Below are positions 25,703 to 35,222 of a stretch of DNA of 47,700 nt, one piece after another. How positions within the stretch are numbered: the first letter of the stretch is position 1; each line of letters starts with the position of its first letter. The translations under genes were made by a program, and so were the position numbers. The stretch covers positions 1 through 47,700 of the forward strand of contig VGKP01000005.1 in the NCBI GenBank assembly GCA_016866975.1, read 5' to 3'. Below the pieces are notes generated by a model. It ran no database searches. It was not told the origin of the DNA and saw only the letters and a list, made by a program, of their open reading frames with translations. Source of the DNA: Candidatus Pacearchaeota archaeon. GTDB lineage: Archaea; Nanobdellota; Nanobdellia; Pacearchaeales; GW2011-AR1.

Positions 25703-26285
25703 GGAGAAACCGCAGAGTGTCAAAGAATATCGTATGTTATCCATAGCAACCGCCCCTCAAAAAGTGATGGAAGTAATTTTTAAATATCCTGATAAAGAGT
25801 TTAGTCTCAGTGATTTAGCAAAAGAAGCGGGTGTTGCAAAACCCAATATGAGTGAAATACTTGCACAGTTACAGAGCAAGAATCTCGTTCAAATAGAAAA
25901 ACTTAGTAAAATTTGGAGGATAAGGGCAAATAGAACAAATCAGGAATATATTCGAAACAAGATAATTTACAATCTCAACTTTATCTATCAAAGCGGGCTT
26001 ATTGAATTTCTTGTCAAAGCATATGGTAATCCAAAAGCGATAGTTCTTTTCGGTAGTTTTAGAAAAGGAGAAGACCTCTCAACTTCAGATATTGACATCG
26101 CAATTGAAGATAGTTTTGCTTCAGAATATAATGCTGTATATCTTGGAGCTCTCACAGAGTATGAGAAGTCAATTGGAAGAAGAATCCAAATTCATGAATT
26201 CAATCGTAAAACCATAGAGATTCATGTTTTTAATAATATTGCAAATGGTATAGTCCTTCATGGATTTCTCGAAGTAAAAAAATGA
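25701..26285 (+). CDS. HTH-fused minimal nucleotidyltransferase (MNT) antitoxin
   Basis: N-terminal HTH (FSLSDLAKEAGVAK); VLFGSFRKGE...SDIDIA nucleotidyltransferase motif. ATGA overlap with the next gene. Confidence 0.9.
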   Translation: MEKPQSVKEYRMLSIATAPQKVMEVIFKYPDKEFSLSDLAKEAGVAKPNMSEILAQLQSKNLVQIEKLSKIWRIRANRTNQEYIRNKIIYNLNFIYQSGLIEFLVKAYGNPKAIVLFGSFRKGEDLSTSDIDIAIEDSFASEYNAVYLGALTEYEKSIGRRIQIHEFNRKTIEIHVFNNIANGIVLHGFLEVKK

Positions 26286-26725
26286 AAGAAGAGAAAATAA
26301 ATCAATTCATAAAAGAAAAAAAGCTAATAAAAAAAAGTCCAGATATAGAAAGAGTAAGGTCTTTGATAATAAGTGCTAAAGAAACAATGGACACCCAGCT
26401 ACAAGTTCCGCTCACAGAGAAAAGTGCCACTTCAATATTTAGAGAGACTTATGAATCTCTGCGCCAGCTTGGCGATGCTCTCTGGTGGCAGATAGGATAT
26501 GAAACACAAACGCATGATGCAAGTATCGAATCCATCAAAGAAGCAGAATTTCTGACAAGTGAACAAAAAGTTAAAACATCTTCATTAGATAGATTTAGAA
26601 CTATTCGTCATGATGCAAATTATAGGGGCTTCAAAGTTTCCGTGGCACAAGCACAAGAAATCATAGAATTCTGGAAGTTTGTAGGAAAGTCGATTCTTTC
26701 AGGCATTGAGCACTCGATAAAATAG
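26282..26725 (+). CDS. HEPN-domain protein (putative toxin of an MNT-HEPN pair)
   Basis: All-helical 147 aa with YESLRQL, H-D and RFRTIRHDANY motifs, coupled to the MNT gene. Confidence 0.8.
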   Translation: MKEEKINQFIKEKKLIKKSPDIERVRSLIISAKETMDTQLQVPLTEKSATSIFRETYESLRQLGDALWWQIGYETQTHDASIESIKEAEFLTSEQKVKTSSLDRFRTIRHDANYRGFKVSVAQAQEIIEFWKFVGKSILSGIEHSIK

Positions 26726-26802
26726 GTATTTATTTAGAACGCTTCGAAACATAAAGCCCGAATCAGAGAAAAGTTTATAAAGACCTCTCTACTAAGCCCA
26801 TT

Positions 26803-27618
26803 ATGAAAAGAAGTGGTAAGATTTTTGCATTATTGCTCCTCTCATTAGTTCTCGTCTCATTTATTAGCATTTCTTTGGTTGTAGCCGAAGACGAAGTTGC
26901 AGATGCCGCAAGATCAGCTGTGGCAAGTGGCGCAAGCGAGGCAACAACAGTAGGTGAAAGAATGTTCGGACCACTAGCAGCATTATTTAAAGGCGGAGCA
27001 ATGAGTGAAAGCACTCAACTTCTCATTACCAAACTTTTGCTCATCTTCCTAGTAGTCATAGTCGTATACGCAGTAGCCGGCTTTTTGCCTTTCTTCCCTG
27101 ATAACCAACCAGGACTAAAGTGGGCATTTTCAATAGTTATAGGCATTTTAGCATTCATATTCGTAAAGCCTGCTGAGATAAAAGTACTGCTCACAACATA
27201 CCAAGCATTGGGAATTGCAGTTACCACAATAATTCCCCTTATAATAATTTTAACTTTAACGTATAAATTAAGCGAAAAAGCTCCAGGTGTTGCGTCAATT
27301 GCAAATAAAGTAATCTTGATTATCTTTCTAGGATATTTATTTGTCCAATGGGGTGCAATGACTGCCCAGCCTATAAAACCAAACGAAGATGTTCCTGCCC
27401 TTCTTTGGCTCTATCCGATAACGGCTCTTATAACTTTAGTCTGGCTCCTTGCAGAAAAATGGATTGAAAGAAGAATGAGAAAAGCAGAAAGGGGAGCTGA
27501 GCAAGAAAGAGCAGAAGAAACAATAGATGATGCTGTTGGTGGAGCAAGAGACCTTGCGAAAGTACATAAAGAATTATCCAAAACAAGAACAAAGAAATTT
27601 TCTAAATCGTACAGTTAA
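26803..27618 (+). CDS. Multi-pass membrane protein with signal peptide (cluster member 1)
   Basis: Signal-like N-terminus ending VVA, about 5 TM segments, basic/acidic C-terminal tail. Confidence 0.85.
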   Translation: MKRSGKIFALLLLSLVLVSFISISLVVAEDEVADAARSAVASGASEATTVGERMFGPLAALFKGGAMSESTQLLITKLLLIFLVVIVVYAVAGFLPFFPDNQPGLKWAFSIVIGILAFIFVKPAEIKVLLTTYQALGIAVTTIIPLIIILTLTYKLSEKAPGVASIANKVILIIFLGYLFVQWGAMTAQPIKPNEDVPALLWLYPITALITLVWLLAEKWIERRMRKAERGAEQERAEETIDDAVGGARDLAKVHKELSKTRTKKFSKSYS

Positions 27619-27656
27619 CCCCATATCTTTTTAAAATCCTCTTTCCTAATAGCCTT

Positions 27657-28307
27657 ATGAAAAGTCAAGTGAAAACATTAATTATTCTATTCTTCTTAAT
27701 TTCTATATTACTCCCTCTGACACATGCCGAAACAACTCCTGGTGAAGCAGTAAAACAGCAAATTGGATTCAATCCTGAAGATACACCTACCAATCCTCAA
27801 GACATAAGAGATAAGTACCTACCACAAGAATGGTCTGAAATATTATCGAAGAACAAGTTCATAGGTCCAGTACATAACACATTTGTCGCCAACCCTTTAA
27901 TATTCAGGATAGTTTTTGGCGACCCTTATTCACTTTCTCTTGTTTTTCTAATCATAATTATATTATGGGTCTTTATAGGGGTCAAATCAGGACAGCTTTT
28001 TGAGGCTTCAGGCATCCTGAAAGGCGCTCCCTCTATAATCGCAGGTTTTGTATTCTCTATCCTCTTAGCTCAAACAACTATAATCAGAAACATCTCAAAG
28101 ATAACTCTTGATCTTGTATTCAAGGCAGAAAATTGGGCTTTGCAACTTATCATAGCACTTCTATTCTTCGTGGTCCTGTTTATAATCTCTTATATAATGT
28201 CAATATCCGAGAAAGCACTAAAGGAAAGAAGAAAAGCAAAAAAAGAACAGAAATTAGATGAGAAAACAGAAGAAATAGAGGCCCTAGAGAAAGGTCTTAA
28301 GAATTAA
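27657..28307 (+). CDS. Multi-pass membrane protein with signal peptide (cluster member 2)
   Basis: Signal-like N-terminus ending THA, 3 TM segments, K/E-rich tail. Confidence 0.85.
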   Translation: MKSQVKTLIILFFLISILLPLTHAETTPGEAVKQQIGFNPEDTPTNPQDIRDKYLPQEWSEILSKNKFIGPVHNTFVANPLIFRIVFGDPYSLSLVFLIIIILWVFIGVKSGQLFEASGILKGAPSIIAGFVFSILLAQTTIIRNISKITLDLVFKAENWALQLIIALLFFVVLFIISYIMSISEKALKERRKAKKEQKLDEKTEEIEALEKGLKN

Positions 28308-28952
28308 TTATGAAGTTTCACTTAATTTCCTTACACCTTTACTCAAAACTTCTGCACTCTTTACTCCTCGGGCAATAGTCTCTCCAGTGTTTTCCATTTC
28401 AGCTTTCTTCTTAGCTCTTGACATCATCTTTGAGAGTTTGGATAGTGCAAAGAACAGTATAAGTATAAAGACAACACTTAATAGAAGCTGGAATAACGAA
28501 CTCCCTCTCATAACACCTAGCGTCTCTCCAAACCTGAAGAAGAAATATGCTGACTCTCTGAATCCTCCAGAAATAGCGACTATCATTGTAATTACCACAC
28601 CTCCAACCCAAGATTGCCAACCTTCTCCAAAGAAAGGCGTAAATTTAAGGACTTGATGAACAATCAGGAAAAAGACTATCCAAAGGCAAAGTAAAACTAT
28701 AAGAAATCTTAATTCTATAGCTTTACTTATCCCAAATAAGGACGCAATAAACTCAAAACCCGAAGGAATCTCAACATTCCCTTCCAGCACTTTATTTACC
28801 TGGTCTCCAGCACCCTCAATCCCTTGTGTGTTTTCCTGAACTTTTTCTCCAGTCTTTTTTACATCTGAAACTACGCTGCTTTCTTCAGCAATTACACTAG
28901 AAACTAAAGATATAATGAGAATAAGCAATAATAACACAAATCCCTTTTTCAT
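28308..28952 (-). CDS. Multi-pass membrane protein with signal peptide (cluster member 3)
   Basis: Signal-like N-terminus ending VIA, 3 TM segments, K/E-rich tail. Its stop codon abuts that of member 2. Confidence 0.85.
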   Translation of the reverse strand: MKKGFVLLLLILIISLVSSVIAEESSVVSDVKKTGEKVQENTQGIEGAGDQVNKVLEGNVEIPSGFEFIASLFGISKAIELRFLIVLLCLWIVFFLIVHQVLKFTPFFGEGWQSWVGGVVITMIVAISGGFRESAYFFFRFGETLGVMRGSSLFQLLLSVVFILILFFALSKLSKMMSRAKKKAEMENTGETIARGVKSAEVLSKGVRKLSETS

Positions 28953-29016
28953 TAAAACATATGACTAAAACACTTTATATGTTTTGCTAATGAGAAACTT
29001 TGTCAACTGTATTTGT

Positions 29017-29613
29017 TTACTCAAAGGGACTAGCAGAGTCTGTAGAATCAATCTTGCCATATCTTTGCAAGAAACCATCCAATGTACTATATCTTCCTGC
29101 CTGATCCTTTCTAAGCTGTTGAGCGACATATTCTCTCACTTTATTCATGTATACTGAACCTCTATCTAAGAATTCCTTTCCTTTCTTACCGTATAAGGTA
29201 TTTGTATCCATATTTCCGTAAAAGAATTCTGTCCTATCATTTAAGAATGTTCTCTTCTTCACAACCTCAAGTGACTCTATCTTTGCAGGATCCCTGTTTG
29301 TACTAGAAACCTCCCAGTTTAGTGGAGTTTGACCTTCTGTATCTTTAAAAATATATATTTCATCCCCTCTTTCAACTTCAAGGACATTTCCGTTATTGTG
29401 CTCAGTATATCTTATATTCTGCCCTTGAAAATTCCCCCTATATGATACATCAGAAACAATACCCCTAGAGCCATTATTATTCAGCGTATTTTTGAACTTG
29501 AATGCGCCAATAGTCAATAGAGGAATTGCAAATACAGTAGCTAAATGAGGCAGGTATGGCTTTACCGATCCCACTATTTTACGTATTCTTTCAACAATAT
29601 TGTTTTCTGTCAT
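29017..29613 (-). CDS. Hypothetical protein with an N-terminal membrane anchor
   Basis: One hydrophobic segment (LATVFAIPLLTIGAF) followed by a beta-rich soluble domain. TTTAAATAG promoter about 30 nt upstream. Confidence 0.75.
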   Translation of the reverse strand: MTENNIVERIRKIVGSVKPYLPHLATVFAIPLLTIGAFKFKNTLNNNGSRGIVSDVSYRGNFQGQNIRYTEHNNGNVLEVERGDEIYIFKDTEGQTPLNWEVSSTNRDPAKIESLEVVKKRTFLNDRTEFFYGNMDTNTLYGKKGKEFLDRGSVYMNKVREYVAQQLRKDQAGRYSTLDGFLQRYGKIDSTDSASPFE

Positions 29614-29747
29614 TCTACTATCCTCCAGCTCGTCTATTTAAATCTTTCTATTGTTATCACTAAATAGAAATTACATAAATAAAGAGTTTGCAAGATTAGA
29701 GCATCATCTTGCAAAAGACTTAAATAATCTCAATAAAAAATAGAAAC

Positions 29748-30047
29748 ATGAACAGATTTTTTAAATCAGGACTTATAACTGCCTTAGGCTTGACCGGAAT
29801 ATATCTTATACACGAGAATATAGACAATCTCCCTGCAAAGATCATATTGGAAGCACCTTTGGTATTGACTTCTCTATCTCTTGCATACAAGGCACTTGTA
29901 AAAAAGCAAGACGATGAAAACTCTGTAAAACAACATCAATACAGAAACTTTCTGCTAGGCAATTCAGGTAATGGTCTTTATAAAAATGCCGGGAGAATCT
30001 ATCGCGATTCAAAAGAATCTCAGATGCCTGAAAGAAAAAGCACTTAG
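29748..30047 (+). CDS. Small hypothetical membrane protein (2 TM)
   Basis: Two N-terminal hydrophobic segments and a polar tail. Confidence 0.65.
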   Translation: MNRFFKSGLITALGLTGIYLIHENIDNLPAKIILEAPLVLTSLSLAYKALVKKQDDENSVKQHQYRNFLLGNSGNGLYKNAGRIYRDSKESQMPERKST

Positions 30048-30081
30048 GAAAACTTAAATAGGACAAGATATCTGAGAGATT

Positions 30082-30438
30082 ATGGGTAAAGTCGCTGCAG
30101 GTTTGGTTGGGATATTAGCAATTGGGACAGGAGCAGTCATTGGATTTAATGAAAAGCTCCCTAATGAGTTGAGGATAGGTGGTGCAGCTGCGATGGCATT
30201 TGTAGGAATTTATGGAGCAAGTGTAGCTTCTCGAAAAGACTATTCTAATAGAAATTTACAAAGAACAAGTACAACAAACCAACAACCTCCAATTACAAAT
30301 AATCATACACATTACAATGACAATCGCCATTACGAGGATAACAGACAAGTACATATCCATTACAATTTTAACCCGCAAACTCCACAACCAAACCAGAATG
30401 TAAATTCTCCTCAGAATCAACCTCGATTAAATCCTTAA
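30082..30438 (+). CDS. Small hypothetical membrane protein (2 TM) with an N/Q/H/P-rich tail
   Basis: Two Gly/Ala-rich TMs, then TNNHTHYNDNRHYEDNRQVHIHYNFNPQTPQPNQ. Confidence 0.7.
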   Translation: MGKVAAGLVGILAIGTGAVIGFNEKLPNELRIGGAAAMAFVGIYGASVASRKDYSNRNLQRTSTTNQQPPITNNHTHYNDNRHYEDNRQVHIHYNFNPQTPQPNQNVNSPQNQPRLNP

Positions 30439-30477
30439 AATGTGAAACTATTTATACCAGATTAAATTCTTTTCTAC

Positions 30478-31215
30478 ATGGGGGTAAAAGTGGAAATTAA
30501 AGTACCTGGAAAAGGTATACATCGAATTGAATGCAATGAAGATCCACGTCTCACTGCCAAACTTGTCTACCTTTATCGCACTCTGGATTGGCTTAAGAAT
30601 TTTAAACATGCAAAGTTCGATGCAAATCCATTAGTGGGTGCATATAAAGCACATATGCCTTGGGTTCAAAGAGAACCTGGGAAAATGCCTCTCTATGCAG
30701 GATTTGCCGATAAGATTGAGGGAAAAGAAGTTGTAGTGCTTAGTGACTCTCTCTCTGAAGATGAATCGATAGGTATACTCATGCATGAGATTATTCATAA
30801 AACAAATCCCCATGCAAGCGAGTCCGAGGTACAGGCAAAAAATATTCTTTACTTAGAAAAAATCGCTCAAAACTATCATTTTATCACTGATTCTCGTAAT
30901 CATCAAAACTTTACCAGAGAAGGAGTTTCTCCACATACTATCCCCAGACATACGTTTCAAAGAGCATACGAGAACCAAAAATCAGCTCATATCTATGGAG
31001 TCAATGAAGAAAATTATAAAAGACTTGCAAAAGGAAATCTGGAGCGCCTTTTTACTATCATTTCTCTTGTTTTGCTTTCAGTCTCTTTCCTTACAAGTTC
31101 AAGCATAATCTCCGGTGCAACCATTCTTGAAGATACATCTCTTCCTTATTCAACAATCAGTGCTCTTTGTTTTATAGGAGGAGTGATTACTTTATTAATG
31201 AGTAAGCGTAACTAA
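30478..31215 (+). CDS. Putative zincin-like (HExxH) protein with a C-terminal two-TM anchor
   Basis: ILMHEIIH followed by ESEVQ; C-terminal NLERL-TM-ISGATI-TM. Confidence 0.7.
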   Translation: MGVKVEIKVPGKGIHRIECNEDPRLTAKLVYLYRTLDWLKNFKHAKFDANPLVGAYKAHMPWVQREPGKMPLYAGFADKIEGKEVVVLSDSLSEDESIGILMHEIIHKTNPHASESEVQAKNILYLEKIAQNYHFITDSRNHQNFTREGVSPHTIPRHTFQRAYENQKSAHIYGVNEENYKRLAKGNLERLFTIISLVLLSVSFLTSSSIISGATILEDTSLPYSTISALCFIGGVITLLMSKRN

Positions 31216-32219
31216 AACAACTTCTTTTGCGCCTGCTCTTTCTTTAATTCATTGAACTTGGCAAGATGACTATCAACTCTCTCAGATGAGAACTCATGCC
31301 TTCCCACAAGTATTTCCTTGACCTTGCCTTCATTCATGACTGGCATCTTAACAAGTTCTCTTGAGACATTTGGCTTCTTGAATATCTCAAAAACCTCCTG
31401 CCAATTGAAATCAAGCCTCTCTTCTATCGCCCTGAAAATATGTACAGGATATTTTTTTTCCTTGACAAGGGCAAGAGCTTTCTTTGGCCCTATTCCTCTG
31501 ACTCCTCCGGGATTGAAGTCCGTCCCAACAAGAATTGCCAAGCAAATAAGCTGGTCAGAATCTATTCCTAGCTCATTAAGTACTTTATCATACTCTATCA
31601 TCTCAGGAGCAATATACACAAATCCTCCAGGCGTCTTTCTCTTCCTCGCCAATGTAAGATTTTGTATCAATCTGGTCCCTCCCACTGCAAGTGCATCATA
31701 ATCCTGGCTTCCTACTGCATATGCCTGCCCATTCTTGACTAACTCAGCACATTGCATCTCTCCTTCTCCAGGGGCCTGCACGACAGCAATCCCAAGAGCA
31801 TTCAGGAGTTCCTTGCTCTCCTCTATCATCCCTTCATCAAGTCTTATGAATCCTCTTGAATACTTTGACATGCCTTCTATATCTTCCTCATCCTTAGCTT
31901 CCTCATATCTTTCCTTGGCCAGGTCCTTGGCTTCCTGCCTCAGAGCATGAGTCTTCCCTTTCAATTTATGATACTCTCCATCAAAGACGTATACCAGTTT
32001 TATTCCTTCAAGAAGCAAAGATACATTTCTGTAAAACAATCCAGAAAGATGAGAAGTGACTCTTTTCTGGGAATCCATCAAAGGTGTTCCATCGGGCTGT
32101 CGTATAGAACTCAAGAATTGGTATATTGCATTAAATGCATCTATCGCAATGACCTTGCCCTTCAAGTCTTCAAACTTGACCTCTTTCCTTGGAACTATAT
32201 CTCCTATCTGCAGACCCAT
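31212..32219 (-). CDS. fen: Flap endonuclease-1
   Basis: AIDAFNAIYQFL, VFDG, APGEGE, SQDYD, GTDFNPGG.RGIGPKKA and C-terminal PIP-box QKKLF. Confidence 0.97.
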   Translation of the reverse strand: MGLQIGDIVPRKEVKFEDLKGKVIAIDAFNAIYQFLSSIRQPDGTPLMDSQKRVTSHLSGLFYRNVSLLLEGIKLVYVFDGEYHKLKGKTHALRQEAKDLAKERYEEAKDEEDIEGMSKYSRGFIRLDEGMIEESKELLNALGIAVVQAPGEGEMQCAELVKNGQAYAVGSQDYDALAVGGTRLIQNLTLARKRKTPGGFVYIAPEMIEYDKVLNELGIDSDQLICLAILVGTDFNPGGVRGIGPKKALALVKEKKYPVHIFRAIEERLDFNWQEVFEIFKKPNVSRELVKMPVMNEGKVKEILVGRHEFSSERVDSHLAKFNELKKEQAQKKLF

Positions 32220-32272
32220 AGAGAATATATTCTCTTGCCAATTAAATAAGTATCTATGATGTGGATTTAGAA

Positions 32273-32620
32273 TTAATTAAAGGTAATCCTGCATTTTTGA
32301 GGGTCAAAATTTAAAGAAATACCAAGGTATCTATCTTGAAATACTTTTTCTAAACCTTTCACATATTCAGCTACAGATTCTTTTTGCTCTTGATCAGTTA
32401 AGGCCTCATCATCGGTACTCTGATAAGCTTTATAAAGAGCAAATATTTTTCCCATCGTAGAAAATTCTGCGGTAAACTCGTAACGATGGTCTCCGCGCCG
32501 GCCTACATCTTGAAAAGAAACATCGATGCGTGATGTATACAAGTAACTAGAATTAGGAAATTCCCTGGCAATTGTTTTAACGTAGGATTCTGGAGTATCA
32601 CAACTTTTTAGAGAGCCCAT
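32273..32620 (-). CDS. Hypothetical protein
   Basis: ORF between fen and polB. ATG 32620 is preferred over 32659. No motif. Confidence 0.6.
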   Translation of the reverse strand: MGSLKSCDTPESYVKTIAREFPNSSYLYTSRIDVSFQDVGRRGDHRYEFTAEFSTMGKIFALYKAYQSTDDEALTDQEQKESVAEYVKGLEKVFQDRYLGISLNFDPQKCRITFN

Positions 32621-32712
32621 ATAGAAAAAAAGTAATTTCACTATAAAATAGTACGTCACCCCTAAACGGTAATACTAGTAGTTCTTATAAACCTCTCATT
32701 CCTTCAAAAAGC

Positions 32713-35040
32713 ATGAAAGGATTTATCGTCTATGTAACATATGACCTTCAAGAAGAGAAAACCGTTGTTCAGCTCTTTGGAAGGCTCGAAAACGGCCAGT
32801 CCTTTGCAGCAATCATCCCTCTTCAGCCTTACTTCTTTATTGCAGAGAAAGACCAAAAGCATCTGAGCAAGCTCCTAGAAAAATTTAACATTGAGACAAC
32901 TTCCCTCATGACATTCAAGGGTGAAAAAGTGATTAAAGTATCATCTGAAAACCATATATATTTAAACAAACTTGCAGAAGCAATTCATAAAAGTGAACGC
33001 AATACCTACGAGGCAGATATCAAGCCGCATATGCGTTTCATGATTGACAACGATCTTTTAGGTTCTATATTCATTGAGGGAGAGTATGAGACTGCTGAAA
33101 GAGTCGATCGAGTCTATCGCTATCCTGATATCAAAGCCTCAAACTTTATCCCCAAGCTTAAAGTCATATCTTTAGACACAGAATCAGACAGAAATGGCAA
33201 CTTATTCTGCATAGGGATGTCAGGAGAGAACTACGAAAAAACATTTATGATCACAGAAAAGAACATGAAAAATGTGGTTGCATGTAAGGATGAGGAAGAA
33301 TGCCTTCTGAAATTCAAGGAAGAGTTGATCAAGATTGATCCTGATATTCTCACCGGCTGGAACATGATTGCCTTCGACCTTGAATATCTCAAAAACCTGA
33401 TGAAGAAACATAAAATCCAGTTTGACATTGGAAGAACAAACGAGCAAGTGCGGCTGCGCATCGAGTCGGGTTTCTTCAGATCTTCCAGCGCAGACATTTC
33501 AGGCAGGCAAGTTTTGGATGCTATGAATATGATTAAAGATCCGTTCATCAAAGAAGCGCCATCCATCAAGCGCGCAGAATTCGATTCCTTTGCTCTCGAA
33601 GATGTTGCTCAGGCCCTTTTAGGAAAGGGTAAACTCATCAAAGGAAAGGACAGACATGCAGAAATAGAAAAAATCTTTATTTCTGACCAGCAAAAACTTG
33701 TTGATTATAATATACTTGACTGCAAGCTGGCATATGAGATTTTAACGACAACACAGATGCTCAATCTTGCCATCGAGCGTTCACAACTCACAGGACTTCC
33801 TCTAGATCGTCTCGGAGCATCAGTAGCAGCATTTGATTCTCTTTATCTAAGAGAATCAAGAAAAAGGGGTCTTGTATCTCCTACTACAAGATTCAGCCAA
33901 AAAGAGAAAGGAATTATTGGCGGCTATGTCAAATCCTCTAGTCCAGGAATATATCACAATGTCGTTGTCTTGGACTTCAAATCGCTTTATCCCAGCATAG
34001 TAAGGACATTCAACATAGATCCCGCATCTTTCCTTGAGAAACGTGAGAAAAACTGTATAGAATCTCCAAATAAGGCCTACTTCAAGAATACTGATGGGAT
34101 ACTTCCATCAATAATAGAAAAACTTCACAATGCCAGAGAAAAAGCAAAGAAAGACCAAAGAGAGCTTGCAAATTATGCTATCAAGATAATAATGAATTCT
34201 TTTTTCGGCGTCCTAGCAAACCAGAATTGCAGGTATTACAACTACGATATGGCCAATTCAATAACTCATTTCGGCCAGATGATTATCAAGTTGACTGCGG
34301 AGCAGATTGAGAAGAAAGGATATAAGGTAATCTACAGCGATACAGACTCTGTATTTGTAGAGACAAAATCTGATAAGATAGAAGCTCAATCTCTTGGAAA
34401 AGAGATTCAATCTTTCATAAACACATTCTACAAATCATATATAAAACAAAACTATCGGAGAGAATCTTTCCTAGAATTGCAGTTTGAGAAATTATATCTT
34501 TCTATGATGCTCCCTGCTGTCAGAACAAGCAAAGAAGGCGAAGAAAAAGGGGCAAAAAAAAGATATGCTGGCTTAATTGAGAAGAAAGGGAATGAAGAGC
34601 TTGAACTTACAGGACTTGAGGCAATAAGAGGTGATTGGACTGAAGCCGCACAGGATTTCCAGAAAGAGCTTCTTCTTAAGGTATTCCACAAAGAGTCTCC
34701 AGAAGAATTTATCAAGACAACTATAAAAAAGATAAAAGAAGGGAAGATGAACAGCAAATTAGTCTATAGAAAATCAATCAGAAAGGAATTAGACGAGTAC
34801 ACTAAGACCACCCCTCCCCATGTGAAGGCTGCCAGGCAATTAGACAAACTTGATGGCAATCTCATAGAATATGTAATCACGACTGCCGGTCCAGAACCCA
34901 TTCAAAAATTAAGGCATTCTTTAGATTATGATCATTATATTGATAAGCAGATAGCCCCTATTGCCAATCAAGTCCTCTCACTTTTTGGTAGCTCATTCGA
35001 AGACATCCAAAAAGGCAGTAAGCAGAAGAAATTATTCTAA
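32713..35040 (+). CDS. polB: Family B DNA polymerase (Pol II-like) with intact 3'-5' exonuclease motifs
   Basis: Exo DTE, WNMIAFD, YNILD; polymerase LDFKSLYPS, KIIMNSFFG, YSDTDS, KKRYAG; C-terminal QKKLF. Confidence 0.95.
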   Translation: MKGFIVYVTYDLQEEKTVVQLFGRLENGQSFAAIIPLQPYFFIAEKDQKHLSKLLEKFNIETTSLMTFKGEKVIKVSSENHIYLNKLAEAIHKSERNTYEADIKPHMRFMIDNDLLGSIFIEGEYETAERVDRVYRYPDIKASNFIPKLKVISLDTESDRNGNLFCIGMSGENYEKTFMITEKNMKNVVACKDEEECLLKFKEELIKIDPDILTGWNMIAFDLEYLKNLMKKHKIQFDIGRTNEQVRLRIESGFFRSSSADISGRQVLDAMNMIKDPFIKEAPSIKRAEFDSFALEDVAQALLGKGKLIKGKDRHAEIEKIFISDQQKLVDYNILDCKLAYEILTTTQMLNLAIERSQLTGLPLDRLGASVAAFDSLYLRESRKRGLVSPTTRFSQKEKGIIGGYVKSSSPGIYHNVVVLDFKSLYPSIVRTFNIDPASFLEKREKNCIESPNKAYFKNTDGILPSIIEKLHNAREKAKKDQRELANYAIKIIMNSFFGVLANQNCRYYNYDMANSITHFGQMIIKLTAEQIEKKGYKVIYSDTDSVFVETKSDKIEAQSLGKEIQSFINTFYKSYIKQNYRRESFLELQFEKLYLSMMLPAVRTSKEGEEKGAKKRYAGLIEKKGNEELELTGLEAIRGDWTEAAQDFQKELLLKVFHKESPEEFIKTTIKKIKEGKMNSKLVYRKSIRKELDEYTKTTPPHVKAARQLDKLDGNLIEYVITTAGPEPIQKLRHSLDYDHYIDKQIAPIANQVLSLFGSSFEDIQKGSKQKKLF

Positions 35041-35160
35041 TTTCTGACCAAGATAAGTCTCAAGGCACTTTAAAGGAACTGTCGAACAAGTTTCTCTTTT
35101 AACTTCGAGCTACGAACTAAGAGTCTCGAGTAAGCTAAACCTCACAAGAATGGGCTCTTT

Positions 35161-35207
35161 GCGTAATTGCTGGAGTATTGTTTTAGTTGAGCGAGGCCTA
35201 TTTTTTA
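35161..35207. repeat. 47-bp dispersed repeat, copy 1
   Basis: GCGTAATTGCTGGAGTATTGTTTTAGTTGAGCGAGGCCTATTTTTTA; 45/47 identical to 37032-37078; 15 nt past a minus-strand stop codon. Confidence 0.9.
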
Positions 35208-35222
35208 AGATACCATTTGGAT

